Source: Octopus sinensis (Eukaryota). Taken from it: a stretch of DNA of 64,000 nt. The position numbers were made by a program, and so were the translations under genes. Under the pieces are notes generated by a model. That model saw nothing but the letters and a program-made list of their open reading frames with translations, did not search any database and had not been told where the DNA came from. The stretch spans positions 26,536,001-26,600,000 of the forward strand of contig NC_043016.1 in the NCBI RefSeq assembly GCF_006345805.1, written 5' to 3'. Below, one piece after another: positions 1-13,094 of this stretch; within the stretch, counting starts at the first letter, position 1; the number at the start of each line of letters is the position of its first letter.

Positions 1-40
<40 letters not shown>

Positions 41-314
41 TGTGTGTTGACAGACTAATGCAACGGAAACTGTGCGGAAGCCAGTCGTGTATGTGGATAT
101 GTCCGTCTGTGTGTTTGTTCCGCACCGTTTTGGTAACGTGGGTCGATTTGTTTTCGCCATCCATAGCTTAGTAGTTTCGGTTAGTCTCATACAATAAGCA
201 GCGGGGTTAACTTAAAACTAATGGGGCCGACTCGATCGAATGAATTTTACAAGTGTGATGCCTCAGTCCTACGATTGAAACAAATGAAAGGAAAAAAAAA
301 AAAAAAGAAAAAAA

Positions 315-835
315 CAGGCATAGCTGTGTGGTAAGAAGCTTGCTTACCAACCACGTGGTTCCGGCTTCTGTCCCTCTGCGTGCACCTTGGGCAACCCCAA
401 ACCAACCAAAGCTTTGAACTGAAAGAAACCTGTTGTATAATGCGCGTATATATATATATATATATATATAATCTGTGTTTGTTCCTCCATTATCACTTGA
501 CAACCTACGCAACTTAGCGGTTCGGCAAAAAATAACGATAGAATTTAAGTACTGGGCTTAAAAAAGAAGTCCTGGGGTTGATTTGTTCGACTAAAATTTT
601 AAAAAAACCCTTCAAGGAGGTGCTCCACTCAAATGGCTAAAACAATAATATGAATATGGGCGTGGTTGAGAAGCTCGCAGCATCTTGGGCAAGTGCTTTC
701 AAGTACTATAACCCCGGGCTGACCAACAATGCCTTGCGAGTGAATTTAGTAGACAGAAACGGTGTGGAAGCCCGTCATCTATATACTTGTGTGTGAGTTT
801 CTGTGTTTACCACTACTTGACAACCGATGTTTATT
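315..835 (+). mobile_element. tRNA-derived SINE family A (octopus OK/OR-like), two adjacent copies
   Basis: gctgtgtggtaagaagcttgct...ggttccgg head; body repeated many times in the window. Confidence 0.7.
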
Positions 836-2095
836 TCGAATCACAGACAATTACACCCCATAGGATAATTCCCCACCCTCCACCCTCGACGACAACTACT
901 CCCTAGGACAATTATTCCCGTTGGTTAATTACCCCCTCTCTAATATTAAGAAGTTTTAAATCATCATCTGTTATCCATGGGATGGGGGTAAATGTTCTAG
1001 AGTCGGGTTTATTTGCTTTTTTTTTATATTCCCAAAATTTAGCGATTCGGTAAAAGTGACCAATAGAATAAGCACCAAACTTAAAGTAGTTTTGTGGAAT
1101 TGTTCGACTGAAACCTTTCAAGGTGGTGCCCCAGCATGGCTGCAGTCCAATGACTGAAATTAGTTAAACATAAAAGATATATATATATATATTAGTTAAT
1201 CATATTCATTTGTTATGCTTTTTCTTTTCGTTCTTAGTTCAAATCCCGCCATGGTCAAACTTCGCCTTGCATTTTTTGATATGTCGACTAATCCTTACTC
1301 TCAAAATTCTTGGCACTTGTCCCTAAATCAGAAACGATTATTATTATTTGTCAGAATCGTTAAGATCGCCCAAAGAAATATGCTGTATCGTTTCGGCCCT
1401 TTTCAAATCGTGCCGAAGTCAACTTTGCCTTTCATCTTTTTTTGTGGGGACCGGTAGATAAAGTATCAGTCATGTACTAGGCTGATGGTATTGACTACTC
1501 CCACCTCCTTCACCTCCAAATTGTTAGTCTTGTACCTAACTTAGAAATCATAATCATTATTATTTGTGGTGTTTTCTCGAATTACCACCCTTGGTGTTCT
1601 CATCCCAACTTTTGGAAATTATCTTTATGATTTGTGTTTTCATGGTTTTTGTTATAATTTTTATTGTTATTGTGTGTATTTTGTCTTTTGGTGTTGCCCT
1701 CAGTGCCTTGGGTCCTTGTGGTCAACGAAAGAAATCATCAATTGACAGAATCGTTGGCGCGTTTCTTTCTATTCCGAGTCGAAATTCCATCGAAGTCGAC
1801 TTTGCCTTTCAACCTTTCAGGGTCGATAAAATAAGGTACTAGTCAAGTAGTGGAGTAGATGTAATCGATTCACCCCACTCCGGCCTCTAAGATTGTTGGC
1901 CTTTTGCCAAAGTTTGAAACCATTATCATCATCATCGGCACGATACATTTAACTGAATCTTTGGATACGTTCCTTTCCACTTCCAGATCTCCTCTTTTGA
2001 GGTAGGGGTTTTTTTTTTTGTACATGAGAATGGAGAAAAACTTGGTGTGTAAGAGGCGTCAAACGGTTCGTTAAAACAGCGTTTGACTCTTATAA

Positions 2096-2297
2096 TCTAT
2101 TATATAAAATCCGTTCTGTGTGTGTGTGTGTCTTCTAGGATCTCGGGCATTCTCCATCCGATTGCGCTCAAATTTGATATGTAGATACCGACGTGTATAA
2201 ATCTTGAAAAAATTACAAAAATCGATTCCAGGTGAGAATGCGATCGATAAAGCCGTAGGAACGTGCACCGTCCATTGGACGGGGGGCATTTTGCTCG
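2096..2297 (+). mobile_element. Non-autonomous Helitron-like element
   Basis: TCTATTATATAAAA start plus (TG)n; 3' hairpin CCGTCC-ATT-GGACGG; CTCG end. Confidence 0.5.
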
Positions 2298-2939
2298 TAA
2301 ATTATAATGAATCAGCTATCTGCTGTCTCAGTATTAATAATGTCATATTGTTACAATTACTTCAATACCTGGAGGTATTGTGGCGTATGCGTGCTTGTGT
2401 ACTGATATGTAGCTATGAATATATGTATATACATCGGTATGTATGTGTGGACTTATGTATATTTGTACGTACATATGCACAATACACACAATTGCGCGCG
2501 CGCGCACTCTTACGTGTATGTATACACATAAATGCATACATATATTGATGTATATACATCGTTATTACATATGTACTCGCTAAACATGTTTGAATTACCT
2601 GTGCAACTGATACATTACCTATTTTCACGACTCTTTTCATTTTACGTTTTAAGTCTTTTTTTTTTCTTTCTTCATATGCTTTTTGCCCAATCAGTAAAAG
2701 TTTCTTTTTTCCTTTTCAAGTTATTTTTTTATTAGTACTATGTAGTAGTTTTCATTATACGTTTAATCGTTTTGCTTCTGAAATATCTCTCACAATAATT
2801 CAAATATATATTGTGTGCGTTGGAAGAGTTCTCTTAAAGGCTAATGAAGATTTCTGAGTGCAGCCATTTTAAATTGTTAGTTTTATGCGTCATGTCTCTT
2901 TTCGAGTTATTTTGTGTGTGTGTGTGTGTGTTTAAGTCA

Positions 2940-3345
2940 CTGGACTGCAGCCATACTACGACACCACTCGAAGGGGTTTGGTCGAACAAATCCACCCCAA
3001 TACTTATTTTTAGTTTGGTACTGAATCTATCGGGCCCTTTGACGAACTGCCAAGTTATGAGGGTGTATGTGCAGCCAAACCAACCCTGTTGTCAAGCAAT
3101 GGGTGGGTGACTGCTTGGAAACACACCACACACATATATATATATTATATTATATATAATATATATATATATATATATAATATTATATATATATGATAGG
3201 TTTCCACACATTTTCCGTCTACCAAATTCACTGAAAAGCATTGGTCGGATCGGGGCTATAATTGAAGACACTTGCCCAATGTTCCCCGTCAGTGGACTGA
3301 AACCTGAAACCATGCGGTTGCAAAGCGAGCTTTTAATCACGCAAC
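2940..3345 (-). mobile_element. SINE family A copy
   Basis: Reverse complement of the family A head and body, with an internal (TA)n tract. Confidence 0.7.
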
Positions 3346-3496
3346 GAAAATATGGAAATTATAGGCGGATATCATATAGAGAGTAGTATCGTATGTCTAA
3401 ATATATGAATTGTATGGCCTTGTAGCCATGTAGTAAATAATTACTTAAGCAAGTAATGAATGTTATTCCAAATATGCCTTTTTTTTTTATTATCTA

Positions 3497-3894
3497 CTAG
3501 CAGTATAGCCCGGCGTTGCTCGGGTTTGTTTGTTTTTCGACCCTTTAGAATTGGAATTTTTGAAAAGTAAAATTTTTGCATTATGTAGCTGGTATTTCTC
3601 TTTAAGTGAACATTTTTCTGGTTGAAATACACCGAAAAATGGCGACACAGCAGTCAAAAAATCGTAAAAAATAGGGATTTTCATAGAAAAAAAGCGCCTT
3701 TTTGATGTAAATAATTTTTGGTCCGATTTGAATTTTTTTCTTCTACGGAATGAAGAGCAAGCCTTCTTCTATCATACTCTCAATTTTGGTCAACTTGCGC
3801 CGCAGGATCTCGGAGGAGATAGTGTTAGTTGAAGACTACCAAACCTGTCACACACACACACACACACACACAACTTCAGCTTTATATATATAGA
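3497..3894 (-). mobile_element. Non-autonomous Helitron-like element
   Basis: Same CTAG/hairpin terminus as 9298-9686 in the opposite orientation; ATCTATATATATAAAG start; (CA)n tract. Confidence 0.7.
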
Positions 3895-4359
3895 TTAACT
3901 GACTTATTTATTTATTTGTCGCTTGTGGAATGGCAGTGCGCCAGACCGTTTTTCATGGCCTCTCGTGATCTATGCCAGAAAGATATCCTGAAAACCATAG
4001 GATCTGTTGTGAATGCTTTTCTATCAGTATCTCTTTTTGTTAAAATATAGTTGAATATAAATTTATGATTGATTGTTAATTTACAATTTCTATCTTCTCG
4101 ATATTTGCCTATTTTTTTGCGAAGAAACTTAATTTTCAATTAACACAGTACGCATTTGCATTAAAAACAATATTTGTTTATGATTTGTACAGTGGATAAA
4201 AGAGTTTTGCATGTATTACTGAAGAAAGCATTTTTCTGTTGCTAAGCTTGTTTTTTAAAAATATATTTATTTATAATTTTAAAAGCCGTATGAAATTTAA
4301 GCTAGTGAGTCGAATCTGAACGCATGTATTACGTGATATAGAGGATATCATAAAGTGGT

Positions 4360-4883
4360 TTAGGATATTCGATTCGTGGCGTATGTCTTAGTAGGTGTAA
4401 AGTCGTAAATTCAATTCCCGGTGGCGCGTCGTGTCTTCGAGTGAAACACTTTATTTCACATTGTTTTAGTCCAGTCAGCCAGCAAAAATGAATAGTACCC
4501 GTAATTCAAAGGACCCAGCCTTGTCACATTCTGTGCCGCGCCGAATCTCCCCGAGGACTACGTTAAGGGTACGCATGTCTGTGGAGTGCTTAGCCACTTG
4601 CATGTTCATTTCACGAGCAGGCTGTTCTACTGATCGGATCAACTGGAACCCTCGTCGCCGTCGTAACCGACGGAATGCCATTCTGTGTGGCTTACAAGAG
4701 ATCGCAGGTGGAATCCCTCTGCAGGTGAAGCATACTAGCTAAGTGTCGAAACGTTTGTAATCCTGAGGTACGTACTGAAGATACGAAAGGGTTTCCAACA
4801 TTGTGATAACTTTCAGGAGATCACTGGTCAGGAGAAGAGCTTACAATATCTCTTAGTGAGTCTCTTGTGCTTGCGTGCGTGTG

Positions 4884-4923
<40 letters not shown>

Positions 4924-4926
4924 TAT

Positions 4927-4973
<47 letters not shown>

Positions 4974-5266
4974 TGTGAGGGCGCGTGGCTTAGTGGTTAG
5001 GGCATTCGGCTCATGATCGTAAGGTTGTGAGTTCGATTCCCGCGACGCGTTGTGTCCTTGAGCAAGACACTTTATTTCACGTTGCTCCAGTCCACTCAGC
5101 TGGCAAAAATGAGTTGTACTTGTATTTCAAAGGGTCAGCCTTGTCACTCTCTGTGTCACGCTGATTATCCCCGTGGAATGCTCAGCCATTTGCACGTTAA
5201 TTTCACGAGCAAGCTGTTCCGTTGATCGTATCAGCTGGGACCCTCGTCGTCGTAATCGGCGGAGTC
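4360..5266 (+). mobile_element. Two copies of tRNA-derived SINE family C (4360-4680 and 4978-5266)
   Basis: tRNA-like head, then gtgtccttgagcaagacactttatttcac central domain; related minus-strand element near 15270-15520. Confidence 0.75.
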
Positions 5267-6099
5267 TTTTTTTTAGATATATATATATATAGTCAAAGAA
5301 TCGCTTATCAATATTTTTTATTATTTTTTTTTGTTCGCAAAAGTGTAAGACTACGGAACAATTTAGTTATGAAGAATATTTTTCTTGCCTTACAGGCATG
5401 TAAAATGTAAAATACCTCTCTTTCAAATAAGCTATTGATTACAAATATTCATTTTTGTCAAAATATTAGCTCTCGGTTTGACCAAACGCTAAGTTTCTTA
5501 GCAAAGAGAGGATATTGATAAATTGAACTGACTTCCATTTGTTGTGGCTGGTAACGATGGAATCTTTGTGTGGTTGCTCAAGCTGCTAGATATAACAAGT
5601 AAATCTCCCTCAACACTTTGCTTTCTATTTTGGGAGCCACCAGTGATTCCTAAAGGTGATGTTTCTTTTAAGGAACCTCGCGTTAGTGGTTCAGACTAAT
5701 TATTCAAATTTTACGAAATGTATACAGTATATTTTCCTTTGTATTTCTCTAATGGTTTTCAATTCAAATCAATAGAAACCGAGGTGGGACCTGGTTTAAA
5801 AAAGCAGAATAAATAAAAATGTGTGTCTGTGTTAAAAGAGAGACACAGAGAGCGTGAGAGAGAACTACTACGTATAACAACAGCCAGCCAATCAACCAAC
5901 CAACCAACCAAACACACAAGCAAACAAACAAATTGTGTAGTTATCAAATTAAAACGTTTATTTTCAGAACATTACTATTGATGGTGTCGCAAGCTTCAAC
6001 AGCAGTTCTTTTCCCAAATATACTATCTCTAAAATAAATTGATAAGTGGTGGTGGTGGCAATAGTAGTAATAGTAGTAGCCATTTTGAGATGTGTGTGA

Positions 6100-6287
6100 G
6101 AAAGAAAGAGAGTGTGTGTGATAGATCGCTAGCCACTACACATTCTTTATTTTCTCTCCTTGTTTCTTTCTGTGGAAGAGCGTAGGCTCGAAACGTTAAA
6201 AACTTTTTCACTTCCCAAGCGTTATACTAATACATCTGTATGTTGTCTACACACCTGTCTTGTCTTTTGTTTTTGTGAATTATCCTA

Positions 6288-6290
<3 letters not shown>
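6100..6290 (+). mobile_element. Penelope-like terminal-repeat fragment (CTGTGGA core variant)
   Basis: CTGTGGA-A-GAGC-GTAG-GCTC-GAAACGTT...AGCGTT; same architecture as the 8.6 kb copy. Confidence 0.5.
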
Positions 6291-6374
<84 letters not shown>

Positions 6375-7659
6375 TCATATCCCTTTTACACATTTCTACC
6401 ACTGTGGCGGTAAAATAAATTTTAGACGATATGATCGACCAGATATACTCTTGAAAGCCGTACCCCCAGCATGTCCTTAGTTGTATCGATTGAAACCGAT
6501 TAAAGAACAGATTTAGTTTATTATTCGTTTCTAATAAACTAAGCAGATGAAATAGTTCTGTTTTAAATTTATTTTAGAATCGTTAGAGTGTCGGTATTTA
6601 GTACGTTTTTCTTTTTTTACGTTCTGATTTCAAATCCTGCTGAGCTCAACTTTGCTTTTCATCCCTCTGGAGTCGATAAAATTGATGCACCAGTTGTGAA
6701 AATAATCGATAACCTATCTCACCCCTCTGTTGCTGGCCTTGTGCCTGAATTTGAAACCATTATTATTAAAATACATTTGTGCAAGTGGGACTGCACAAGT
6801 AACCACGTAGTTGCAAAGCGATCTTCTTAACCAACTACACAGTCATAAATGCGACTATGATTGTGTATAATACTTAAAATGTTGGCATAGAAAAGCAAAC
6901 AATATGGTCTTTGAAACCATCTATGATTGTTACAGTACGACTACATTGTTAAAGCTTTAACCGTTTAGCAGTTATAACCAGCCATGTCCGGCCAAAACGT
7001 TCTTTCTGTTTCAACCCTACAATATCGTTCTAAAAATTAAGTTAGCTCATCAAAATATCAAAGCTGTAAAATAGTGCATGATTCATTCAAAATGTTGTGG
7101 AATAAATAGGCATTATATTTGACAGAAATCTGAATGCTGAAATGTTAACAAATGCATAAAACGTTATACTACGTTCGTTCCCTTGCAAGGAAAAATTGGA
7201 TATGAAGTTGAGCCTACAGCCTCTGTGAATGACACTGTAGTTGCTCCATTGAGCTGTAGATTCAATTATAAAAGTATAAGTATAGACGTGGTTGTGGTGT
7301 CAAATTCGCTTCATAACCGCGCGGTTTCGAGTTCAGTGTCATCAGTGTGGATGGTATCTTGGGCAACTGTCTTTTCGGGTTCACAAATACTTTGTGAAAG
7401 ACATTTGGTAGAAGGAAACTATTCATAACCATGTTGTACATATCTATGCGAGTGCACGCCCATACACACATTCTTGTATTTATTTAAGTTTACATAGGTA
7501 AAAAAAAATGGTATTGTTGTTTCTTTCTTGTAATTTATTGTTACGCAAGAAGAAAATGATAAAATATTGGTGTCAGTATAATCGACTAAACTCCTGAAGG
7601 TTGGTATTCGTCCAACATCCAATAATTGAATGAATGACTAAAACCAGAGAAACACGAAG

Positions 7660-8035
7660 GGCAGGCATTGCTGTGTGATAAGAAGCTTGCTTCCCAACCA
7701 CATGGTTCTGGGTTCAGTCCCACTGAGTGACTCCTTGAGCAAGTGTCTCTGCTAGAGCTTCGAGCCGACCAAAACCTTATGAGTGGATCTGGTAGACGGA
7801 AACGGAAAGAAGCCTGTTGTGTGTGTGTCTTTGTGTCTGGGTTTGTCCCTCCACCACCGTTTGACAACCGCTGTTGGTATGTTTACGTCCCCGTAACTTA
7901 GCTGTTCGGCAAAGTATACGGATAGAATAAGTATTTGGCCTAAAAAATTAGTCCTGGGATCGATTTGTCCGACTAAAAACCTTTCAAGGCGATGCACCAG
8001 TATGGCCGAGGTCAAATGACCAAAAAAAGTAAAAG
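7660..8035 (+). mobile_element. SINE family A copy
   Basis: Near full-length match to the 35180-35615 copy. Confidence 0.8.
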
Positions 8036-8559
8036 TTATATATATATATTTATATATATACATATATATATTGAAAAATACTTTTGTTACTCTTTGGCGT
8101 TGATTTTTGCAAAAAAAACGTAAATGTAAACTGAAGATTAAAACTGACTTGCTGACGTAATTAGTAAGAATTCATTACACAGTAAGTCACTGTGTTTCAG
8201 TTATTTTCAATAAAAGTGCAAAGAAACTTTGCTAAAGCTACAAATCCCTTTTGAAGAACCCCATGTAGTTTTTTTTTCTTTTCTTTTCTGTCTTAACTTT
8301 CTATCAATATTGCTTTCTTGAAAATTTCTCACTTTTAGGATTCCTTCTTTCCCTCAATTTTAAAGATTGGAATCGTTGCTCGTTATGTTTTCAGCCCCGG
8401 ATCGGCTCTGGTTAAACAGACTTGTGCTAACTCTAGTCTTCCTCTATAATTCCATTCACATCTAGAGTGCAATATATTATATATATATATATATATATAT
8501 CTCCCCCCGCTTCTCTCTCTCTCTCTCTCTCTCTCTCCATATATATGTATATGTTATGT

Positions 8560-8770
8560 CTGTATGTGGTGTGTATCGTTGGCGATTTTCTTTCTCCGTC
8601 TTTACTTCTTTGGACTTTTTCTCTTTTTTTCTATATTTCTGACGAAGAGCTCCGCTCGAAACGTTAAATCCTCCTTTCTTTCCTTTCCTGAGCGTCTAAT
8701 AACACTATACTTACTCCACGTCCTCGCGTTGTTGTGTTTTCTCTTTGTTCATGTTTGGATTAACTATATA
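8560..8770 (+). mobile_element. Penelope-like terminal-repeat fragment with a hammerhead-like core
   Basis: CTGACGA-A-GAGC-TCC-GCTC-GAAACG...AGCGTC, followed by a (TA)n-tailed segment. Confidence 0.55.
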
Positions 8771-8786
8771 TATATATATATATATA

Positions 8787-10140
8787 AGACCAACAAATTG
8801 TTTCGGCTTGTATATATTTTTTTCTGATATACATAATCACAGTTCCATTATATATATAATCATTCCAGGGTCCTTAGTTCAGAAAGACGAAATTCCGTGT
8901 GAAAGGACGGCTGGATTGTAAAAATTAATTCAAATGTTTTTTGTTGTGAGCGTTAACAACGGACGATACAATCAAGTACAATCCACAACCATCGAAACTC
9001 ACTCATTATATCTCAAACACATATCAGTCGAATCCCTTTTATGTCCAAGACAGTTTCTCATTATCACAACATACATCAATAATATATGTGTGTCTATAAA
9101 TATATATAATTAAGTATCTAAGTTTTCTCCTACGTGTAACTGCGACAAAAAATATATAAACGATTACATCTTCAATACAACCACTCTTTTATCTATTTTA
9201 ATTAGTTGGTATTAAAAAAATTATTGTTTAAATTAACTAATAATAATCTTCTATATTTATTATTAATATCTACTACGGAATCATCCCTCCGAAAAAATCT
9301 TTATATATAAAGAGTTTGTGTGCTGTCTCCTACGATTTAGATTCCTAACTACTCCCACATTTTGCGGTGCAGTTTAACCAAAACCGGGTATCTTAGTCGT
9401 GATTCATATCGAGCCCTTCTGGTATTAGCGCGCGTCTACGATGAGTCTACGATTTAAAAAAAATTTACCATAATTTTTTCCATTTTAAATGCTTTTTTTC
9501 GCTATTATATAAGGGAAGTAACTCTCTAAAAATGTCTACGATGAGTCAACGATTTAAAAAAAATTTACCATCATTTGTTTTCCATTTTTAATGCATTTTT
9601 TTGCTATTTTTTGGCTATAACTCTCTAAAAATGCTTATATAGTTATTTCCCTTACAAACCCGAGCAACGCCGGGCGATACTGCTAGTAATAAATATAGAA
9701 GATTATAATTAGTTAATTTAAACAATATTTTCTTTTTATCTCAACTAATTTGAATGGATAAGAATTGTACTGAAGATATAAATGTTTATATGTATTTTTG
9801 GTGCGGTTATACGTAGGAGAAGACTTATTGTATGTTGTGAAGACGAAAGACTGTCTTGGACATGAAAGAGTCTCGGTGGTTGTGGATAGTACTTGCTTGA
9901 TTGTATCGTCCGTTGGGGGGGGTTGCTTTTGATTGTAACTGATGTAAGATTGAACAGCTAACGCTCACGCTCATAACACAGACATTTGAATTAATTTTTA
10001 TAATCCAGCCGTCCTTTCACACGGAATTCCATCTTACTATAAACCAAGGACCCTGAACAGACTATATATATATATATAATGGGAATTGTGATTATGTATA
10101 TCATATAAAATATATATAAGTCGAAATAATTTGTTGGCCT
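8787..10140. mobile_element. Diverged foldback element (about 470-bp arms) interrupted centrally by a Helitron-like element
   Basis: 8787-9262 is the reverse complement of 9687-10140 (e.g. aattccgtgtgaaaggacggctggatt / aatccagccgtcctttcacacggaatt). Confidence 0.75.
9298..9686 (+). mobile_element. Non-autonomous Helitron-like element
   Basis: 5' TC after A, 3' hairpin CCCGAGCAACGCCGGG then CTAG before T; internal duplication of about 100 bp. Confidence 0.7.
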
Positions 10141-10368
10141 TTTATGGTTTTTATAATTATTTATATAATATTATGTTATGTTATATATTATATTCATAGT
10201 ATTTAATGTAGTAATTGTATATATAAATAAATTATCGAATTGTCAATAGAATTTCTCTGTATTTAATTTTATTTATCTTTCCAATATTTATATGATATCC
10301 AAATGACGTACCAGTGAATTGGATGTTTAACACAATCCTTTGAAGGATTTCTTTTCCTCAGTTTGTTA

Positions 10369-10405
<37 letters not shown>

Positions 10406-10501
10406 CCTGTTAGCTGATGAGATTTGAATAAGCTCAATATGGATTGTACAGAATGGTAGTCGAATGAATATGAACGTAAATTTCAACTTCTTCGTCTAGG
10501 G

Positions 10502-10845
10502 CAGTGGTCCTTAACGAGGCTCCATATGAGAGTGGATCCATATAAGTTCTTTGGGGATTCACGCAAGCAAAATAGTAAATTGGGGGCCACAGTTGTGTAT
10601 TAAAGGTCCATGAGAAAATGTTTCTTTAGCTGTATTTATTGCAAGAAGCAGCTTGGCTTCTTTGTATGATGTTTTCCATAGTTCAACCTAAGCAAGTGAA
10701 TGTATGGAAACCAAAATAGGAATTTCGAAAGAAGTATCTATAAGATTAACTTTTAAACTTCAAGGGGCGATAAAAGGTCCACCCGGATAAAATAGTAATC
10801 AAAGGGGTCCATAGATAAAAAAAAAAAAATGGTTGAGTACCACTG
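10502..10845. mobile_element. hAT/Charlie-like MITE
   Basis: CAGTGGTCCTTAAC / GGTTGAGTACCACTG termini with gtctaggg / gtgctagg flanks; another 3' end (GGTTGGGAACCACTG) near 54708-54722. Confidence 0.6.
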
Positions 10846-10993
10846 GTGCTAGGGAAAGGCTCACGCCATCGAGAGTGATTATAACAAAAGCCTAAATCGA
10901 ACGATAGAAGTGGTATAGTAGATAAACACAATAAGGTTTAATTAATATATTTTTTACATGGAGCAGAAAATGTAGATTATAAGATAAAGAAAT

Positions 10994-11277
10994 AGGAGTG
11001 TGTGTGTGTGTGGTAAGTAGCTTGCTTACCAACCACATGGTTCCGGGTTCAGTCCCACTGCGTGGCACCTTGGGCAAGTGTCTTCTACTATAGTGGATTT
11101 GGTAGACGGAAACTGAAAGAAGCCCGTCGTGTATATATATATGTATATGTGTGTGTATGTTTGTCCCCCAACATGGCTTGACAACCGATGCTGGTGCGTT
11201 TACGTCCCCATCGATTTGCTTGACTAAAGGCGGTGCTCCAGCATGGCCACAGTCAAATGGCCGAAATAAGTAAAGAG

Positions 11278-11278
<1 letters not shown>
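10994..11278 (+). mobile_element. SINE family A copy
   Basis: Head ggtaagtagcttgcttaccaaccacatggttccgggttcagtccc; two internal deletions. Confidence 0.8.
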
Positions 11279-11343
<65 letters not shown>

Positions 11344-12400
11344 GAGAGAGGAGAGAGAAGAGAGAGAGAGAGAGGGAATATTAATAAGCAACTAGTGATG
11401 AATATATGTATTATAATTAACATATTTACACACACATCGTAGGCAGTTACTAGATAGTACTTTATAGTACTCCAGTATTATATCTGAGGTAAATATCTCG
11501 TATGGAATTGCAGTGCTAAACACAATAGACACGAGGGAAGAGGAGACGAAAATTTATCCCAGCAGCGGCCAACGGGAGTGCCAATCGTATTCCGTTTTTT
11601 TGAGCCTTTCCAATGGCGCTTTCTCTCTCACTGCCAGCCACATGCTCGGACGAGAAATCGTCATCTCTGATATTAGAAAACAGGAATAAAACGTTTCTTG
11701 ATGTTGCGGATGATGAAAAATATATCCGAGAGCAGGAGACTTAGTTTATCATATTTCTCGTTATAAACCTCCGTTTTATTCTATTCTCAGAGATACTCTA
11801 AGTTATTCAACTGTGTATAATAATACCAAAAGAAAATCGCAGGACAAATTTTGTTTTAATATATTATTGGAATTTGGATAAACAGGAATTTTTTCATGGA
11901 GTTCTAATCACAGTACCGGGCCAATTATCCGGTAAGTTTGGGACCGGAAATATCCCAGGTTTCTGAACTTTCTGGTTTCCTAGAGACAGTCTAAATATAT
12001 ACATAAAATATAAAATAAATTATAAGAAGTAAACAGCTAAGTTGTGTTTAACAGATTCAAATTGATACACTTCTAAAGCAGTATCTCCTTGATAATTATC
12101 AATCCACTGATAATTCTTATATCATACTGTACCATGTATATTGGATGAAAACAAAAGAGCATGACTTTATTTAACAGCTAGAGGTACAACTTAATGAATT
12201 CTAAAGTATGTTTAATCCTTATCACTCCATTTGAAAAATAAGGAACGAAACTTTTTAACCAACTTCAGAAATAGGATATGTTTACTCAAAACACTTCCTA
12301 GATTTCTGGAAGCTAGGTAAGGGTTCATGTACTGTTTTGCAATTTTCCGATGGCGGCATGGATTTCCACCTCGGCATCCTCGCTAAGATAAACATTTCAA

Positions 12401-12466
12401 TCACCTGAAGATTGACTGTAACTCGAATTTTTTACGAATTGGACAGCCATGAAACGATCGTAGTGT
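12401..12466 (+). ncRNA. Type I hammerhead ribozyme motif with intact core, Penelope-like-element associated
   Basis: CAC-CUGAAGA-helix II-GAAAC-GAUC-GUA-GUG; palindromic helix III ACGAUCGU; predicted cleavage after 12462. Confidence 0.7.
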
Positions 12467-12614
12467 TATACTCATTATCTTTTTTTAATAATTTTGATAC
12501 ATATTTAAAATAATATAAAATAAATTAATCTTATGTATTGGCTTAAATTTTTCATTGTATGATTTGCCTAATAGTGGTTTTATCTCTAATTTAATTTAAT
12601 ATAATATATATATA

Positions 12615-12659
<45 letters not shown>

Positions 12660-13094
12660 TGTATCCACCTATCTATCGGGTGTTGATATACAGTGCTTGG
12701 TCACTACAGTTGTCACTTCTTTCTTAGTTGTGCCATTCTTTTTTTATCTTGCGGCCCAAATCATTAAACTAAATCGTCTGCCCATCGATGTGAATATAAT
12801 ATATATGGGAGGATGATATCAGTTAGTGTATATAGTAAATGAGATTCTATTGTTTAAATACGCATCTAATGTAGTAAGTAAATTCCTCTTCCACTTCCAT
12901 GAAAATTTACGGGAATAATTTTTACGTATGTCCTTTTGTCGTTTTGTTTCTTTCGTCTTGGTTTTTCGTTTTATTCTTTCTTTTCACTTTGTTGCAATGT
13001 CTTAATTTGTATAATTTTGTTGAATAATAAACATCAGATATCTATCTATTATAAGTCCTTTCCCCTATAGGTGTCAAACCTGAAATTTTTTTGA

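Noticed and set aside
4978-5050. tRNA-like sequence with a CAT loop (also other SINE heads and about 37200-37260 on the minus strand)
   Set aside because: Runs directly into SINE bodies and has an imperfect acceptor stem; SINE heads, not tRNA genes
11910-12335. Possible Tigger/pogo-like MITE inside the Penelope-like remnant
   Set aside because: Only a 6-bp terminal match (CAGTAC); too weak to call
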